Source: an uncultured Candidatus Saccharibacteria bacterium
Lineage (GTDB): Bacteria; Patescibacteriota; Minisyncoccia; Phycocordibacterales; DATDWN01
DNA: 64,000 bases
Assembly: GCA_964426735.1 (NCBI GenBank)
Contig: CAYRRP010000003.1
Span: 77,378 to 141,377, forward strand
Reading direction: 5' to 3'
Both the position numbers and the translations under genes were made by a program. Below are positions 63,986 to 64,000 of the stretch, piece by piece (the stretch's first letter is position 1; each line of letters starts with the position of its first letter). The notes under the pieces were generated by a model that was given only the letters and a program-made list of their open reading frames with translations, had not been told where the DNA came from and made no database searches.

Positions 63986-64000
63986 TTTTCGTATATGTTT

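Noticed and set aside
1-64000. Alternative genetic code (UGA as Gly, as in SR1/Gracilibacteria) given the CPR-like gene content
   Set aside because: All homology-supported genes (fusA, recJ, uvrD, virB4, pilB, rny and others) give full-length products ending at the expected positions under the standard code. No in-frame TGA interrupts a conserved domain, so code 11 is appropriate.

Overview
This is a low-GC (~38-40%) bacterial chromosome segment that reads cleanly in the standard genetic code and looks like a small, streamlined (CPR/Patescibacteria-like) genome. Coding content: the str operon (rpsL-rpsG-fusA), pgk-tpiA, a type IV pilus block (pilB, pilC, three prepilin-motif proteins including a 599-aa pilin) and housekeeping genes (nusA, ppa, tig, rsmE, clpP, rny, hup, cca, rpsO, uvrD-family helicase, ksgA/rsmA, recJ, rnhA, xth, a Xer-type recombinase, comM, HIT, sod, site-2 protease, M23/LysM peptidase). 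There are four tRNAs (Gly-TCC, Pro-TGG, Arg-TCG, Gly-GCC), a hicBA pair, a comEC split into two genes, and a ~13-kb block of secreted and membrane proteins around VirB4-, PrgI/VirB3- and VirB6/TrbL-like genes (T4SS-like). The most notable signals are non-coding. (1) A family of GC-rich structured RNA-like elements is physically attached to both tRNA-Gly genes, with compensatory base changes between copies; one copy reuses the tRNA acceptor ends and encodes CCA. (2) A second ~110-nt hairpin-repeat family (3 full and 1-2 degenerate copies) has covarying stems and G.U pairs that imply a plus-strand RNA. (3) A promoter-to-terminator bounded ~290-nt unit sits in an atypical 555-bp gap between rpsG and fusA. 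(4) A 77-bp GC-rich core flanked by perfect 20-bp inverted repeats contains hammerhead-like CUGANGA...GAAA motifs. (5) Short repeat arrays recur in promoter regions: GACTTGATRG direct repeats, ATTCGTA/TACGAAT heptamer arrays, and an 8-bp x7 tandem repeat. (6) A higher-GC two-gene cassette encodes an unknown protein plus a J-domain protein. All calls come from reading the sequence and ORF translations; no database searches were run.
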